Positions 61,506-64,000 of a stretch of 64,000 nt of DNA are shown here, piece after piece. A program made the position numbers and the translations under genes. Below the pieces are notes generated by a model, which saw nothing but the letters and a program-made list of their open reading frames with translations, searched no databases and was not told the DNA's origin. Source of the DNA: Flectonema sp. DT1601 (lineage: Eukaryota); contig OZ025803.1 in NCBI GenBank assembly GCA_964019425.1, positions 1-64,000 of the forward strand, given 5' to 3'. Position 1 is the first letter of the stretch, and each line of letters starts with the position of its first letter.

Positions 61506-61643
61506 TAACTCTTACTAACTAATAACACAAGTAACTCTTACTAACTAATAACACAAGTAACTCTTACTAACTAATAACACAAGTAACTCTTACTAACTAA
61601 TAACACAAGTAACTCTTACTAACTAATAACACAAGTAACTCTT
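61506..61643. repeat. Perfect 26-bp minisatellite TAACTCTTACTAACTAATAACACAAG x ~5.3
   Basis: Directly visible tandem copies. Confidence 0.95.
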
Positions 61644-61934
61644 CGTTATTAACAAATCATGAATTTGGCTGAGATGGAAAAGAATATTTTTCAGAACTCC
61701 CCCCACAAACAGTGTAAGCAATAAGAAAATATTATAAATTAAAGATTAAGTGGAAAAGAGTTTTTTTATTATTGGTTTTTCTCATTGTTTTTCTTTGAGT
61801 TTTTGTAACAACGGCGACGCATTCCTCCGATAGAGGAGATCAGGCCGTACCAGTAACTGACAATGTAAACCATATCCGTAACTGGGACTTACTTTAAATG
61901 ATTGTAACAGTGTATTGATTAAAGAGTTGGTTAT

Positions 61935-63632
61935 TTAAATTGACATCTGTTGTTGAACAGCAACAGGGTCGATGTTCTTCTCCTGTCTTACTTTCGCTTC
62001 TTCTCTCATACGGTCTTCCATATCGTCACCGTGGGATAGCTTTGAGAGAAGTGACATGTAGGCGCTCGTATCATGTTCTCCATCAAGACCGCGATCGTAT
62101 CCCATTCCGTGAAGGATTTGATCGATATGACCATCCATAGATTGTTGATTATGAGAATAAGGATCTGATAATGGATTAGTGTTACTCTTTATTGATTGTG
62201 TTAGCTTCGTGACTGCTGTTTTAACTCGAACAATATCAACTCCGTAATCGGGTATTGGATTATCTGACCACCAGTAGTCATCATTTTGACATTCTTCAGG
62301 TTGTTTACTCATAATGTTTTTATAAATATTCTGATCGGAACACGACCACGTTGCAAATACCACTCCTGGACATAACATGCAACACAATTGACGACAGACA
62401 TCTTTATCAGTCTCGTTTAATGATCGAAGAAGACTTCTTCCTGTTAGTCGAGTTGTCAGCATGTATTTGATTCCCGGGGAGTTAAATCCAGTCCCTCTTT
62501 TGTTATTATCATGGAATGAACAATAACAATAAAGGTAGTTGATGATGTTGCGGATTCTTAAACGAGATTCTAATCCAAGTTTTGTATTTGAATGGAGACC
62601 AGAACAACTGTTTTCAAGTATCAAAAGAGATGAAGCAGCAGCAGCCCAATGAAGGATGCCAACAGTGCTGTGTAATAATGTGAAGCAAGCTGCTGATTGA
62701 GTCAAACTATACTTCGAAGGGTTGACAATCATATTATAAACTAAAGTAGACATCCACCTTTCCTCAACTGCCAGCGATGGAATTTCATTCTCATCAAACT
62801 TCCGATGGCAAAAAAAACATTTTCCTCCTAAAATGACAGCTGGGTGATCACAATCACAACTAATATCAGTCGCAATACACCCCCTGAGATCTTCATGTTT
62901 TCCAGTAAAGTGACCATGACTACTACACATTGAATGAGGATCACACGATAGCAGTGTGATGGTCTCTCCTCTTTTGATATCTTTAACAGATGTGATGAAC
63001 ATCTTTTCATTAACAATCGACAACACGCTGTTAGGAGAGTTGTCTACTGTTGACGCTCTCAATAAACTACTAAACTCCGATATGACTGCGGGATGACCAA
63101 TTCCATTGTCTGTTACAAAAGCAGGAGAAGAAACCTTCACAGACCACTGCTTAGGAGTCACAGCATCAACAACTGGAAACGATGAACTCAAATACGGAAT
63201 TCGGTATGTTTGTCTGGCAGTTTCCTGAGCTGCACTGTTCTGAGCAATCAGAACTTTATCAGAAAGTAGAGTCACAGCAGATGTTATATTACGAGATGCT
63301 ACTAAAGTAGAGTTGTGTAGTACTAATAAGTCCTCACTTTGATTCTTTATTCTATCACCTCGTGTTGGGACTCCTTCTGTGTGCCATTTTAAATTAACTC
63401 GTTTTGCTAATATAGTCTGCTCTCCTTCAATTTGAATTGAGTGTCTTCCATTCTTTTGACCCTTTACAATTCCCCAAGCTCCGTTTAATTCACATCTTGA
63501 TATCAATCCGGTGATCTCAACTGTACTGCCTGTTCCGAATCCCCAGTCTGAAAATATGGTCTTTCGGAGAATGACAACGACGATTACAATCACAATAACT
63601 ACAACTACAGTAGAGAGGACGGCTTCATCCAT
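61935..63632 (-). CDS. Membrane-anchored hypothetical protein with an SH3-like 'GL...ELNG' motif and a degenerate SET-like segment
   Basis: 565 aa with an N-terminal TM; VEITGLISRCELNGAWG..GR; SPNSV...SVKDIKRGETITL resembles a SET C-terminus but lacks NHS and the invariant Tyr. Confidence 0.6.
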   Translation of the reverse strand: MDEAVLSTVVVVIVIVIVVVILRKTIFSDWGFGTGSTVEITGLISRCELNGAWGIVKGQKNGRHSIQIEGEQTILAKRVNLKWHTEGVPTRGDRIKNQSEDLLVLHNSTLVASRNITSAVTLLSDKVLIAQNSAAQETARQTYRIPYLSSSFPVVDAVTPKQWSVKVSSPAFVTDNGIGHPAVISEFSSLLRASTVDNSPNSVLSIVNEKMFITSVKDIKRGETITLLSCDPHSMCSSHGHFTGKHEDLRGCIATDISCDCDHPAVILGGKCFFCHRKFDENEIPSLAVEERWMSTLVYNMIVNPSKYSLTQSAACFTLLHSTVGILHWAAAASSLLILENSCSGLHSNTKLGLESRLRIRNIINYLYCYCSFHDNNKRGTGFNSPGIKYMLTTRLTGRSLLRSLNETDKDVCRQLCCMLCPGVVFATWSCSDQNIYKNIMSKQPEECQNDDYWWSDNPIPDYGVDIVRVKTAVTKLTQSIKSNTNPLSDPYSHNQQSMDGHIDQILHGMGYDRGLDGEHDTSAYMSLLSKLSHGDDMEDRMREEAKVRQEKNIDPVAVQQQMSI

Positions 63633-64000
63633 TTGAGAGGGATGGTTGTTTTATAAATATAAACACAACCAGAACTGAATCATGAATACCTGTTTCAGAG
63701 AGGAATATTTAAATCATTTTTAATAACGTGTCGTATCGTTATTAGATACTCAAATAAGGCACAGTGAGTTATTCTCTTGAATAGAATTTATCACAAAAAA
63801 AAAAAAGAAAGAGAGAAAAAAAAACCATCAGTACAGCAGGCAAACTGTTAATTAGCGAACCGGAGATATTCTTTTCTTTTTTTTTTTTTTTTTTTTTTTT
63901 AAATTTGACACAAATCAAAGCAGTGTAAAATGGTACGAGAAGGGAAAAGGGAAAAAGGGGGGTTAAGCAAAAAGAAATCTGCCTTAGATTCCAGCTTTGG

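Noticed and set aside
61506..61643. CRISPR-like or spliced-leader array
   Set aside because: No spacers; the unit lacks the conserved SL core (CAGTTTCTGTACT).
11131..64000. Entire unique region as one giant Terminon-like retroelement
   Set aside because: Polarity fits, but the region contains ordinary housekeeping genes; co-orientation is more simply explained by polycistronic organisation.

Overview
AT-rich eukaryotic genomic DNA, most likely a euglenozoan (diplonemid-like). This is inferred from the kinetoplastid-type GT67 glycosyltransferase, the fact that every credible gene is on the - strand, and short GTATGT...ACAG introns with A/C-rich rather than pyrimidine-rich 3' ends. Bases 1-11130 are an almost perfect (GGGTTTGC)n array of about 1,390 units. 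It looks telomeric, but its G-rich strand points into the unique DNA, the opposite polarity to a normal left telomere. Bases ~11-45 kb are repeat-rich. They hold a decayed Sola2-like DNA transposon (GAG..CTC ends, ATAT TSD, transposase motifs), a mucin-stalk multi-TM surface protein, two GT47 exostosin-like genes, and two copies of an intron-joined GT8-like/GT67 fusion glycosyltransferase. They also hold a 5'-truncated Penelope-like RT remnant whose ORF continues into a putative Cys-His protease domain and ends in a hammerhead-like motif. A solo copy of that 3' end lies between 23-bp direct repeats, and a 2.5-unit inverted copy of the array repeat lies ~1 kb upstream of the RT. Bases ~45-64 kb are a compact housekeeping block: BMT5-like, ESS2, metallophosphoesterase, RED/IK, three intron-containing RPL36 copies and several hypothetical proteins. 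All family calls are by-eye motif recognition; no searches were run.
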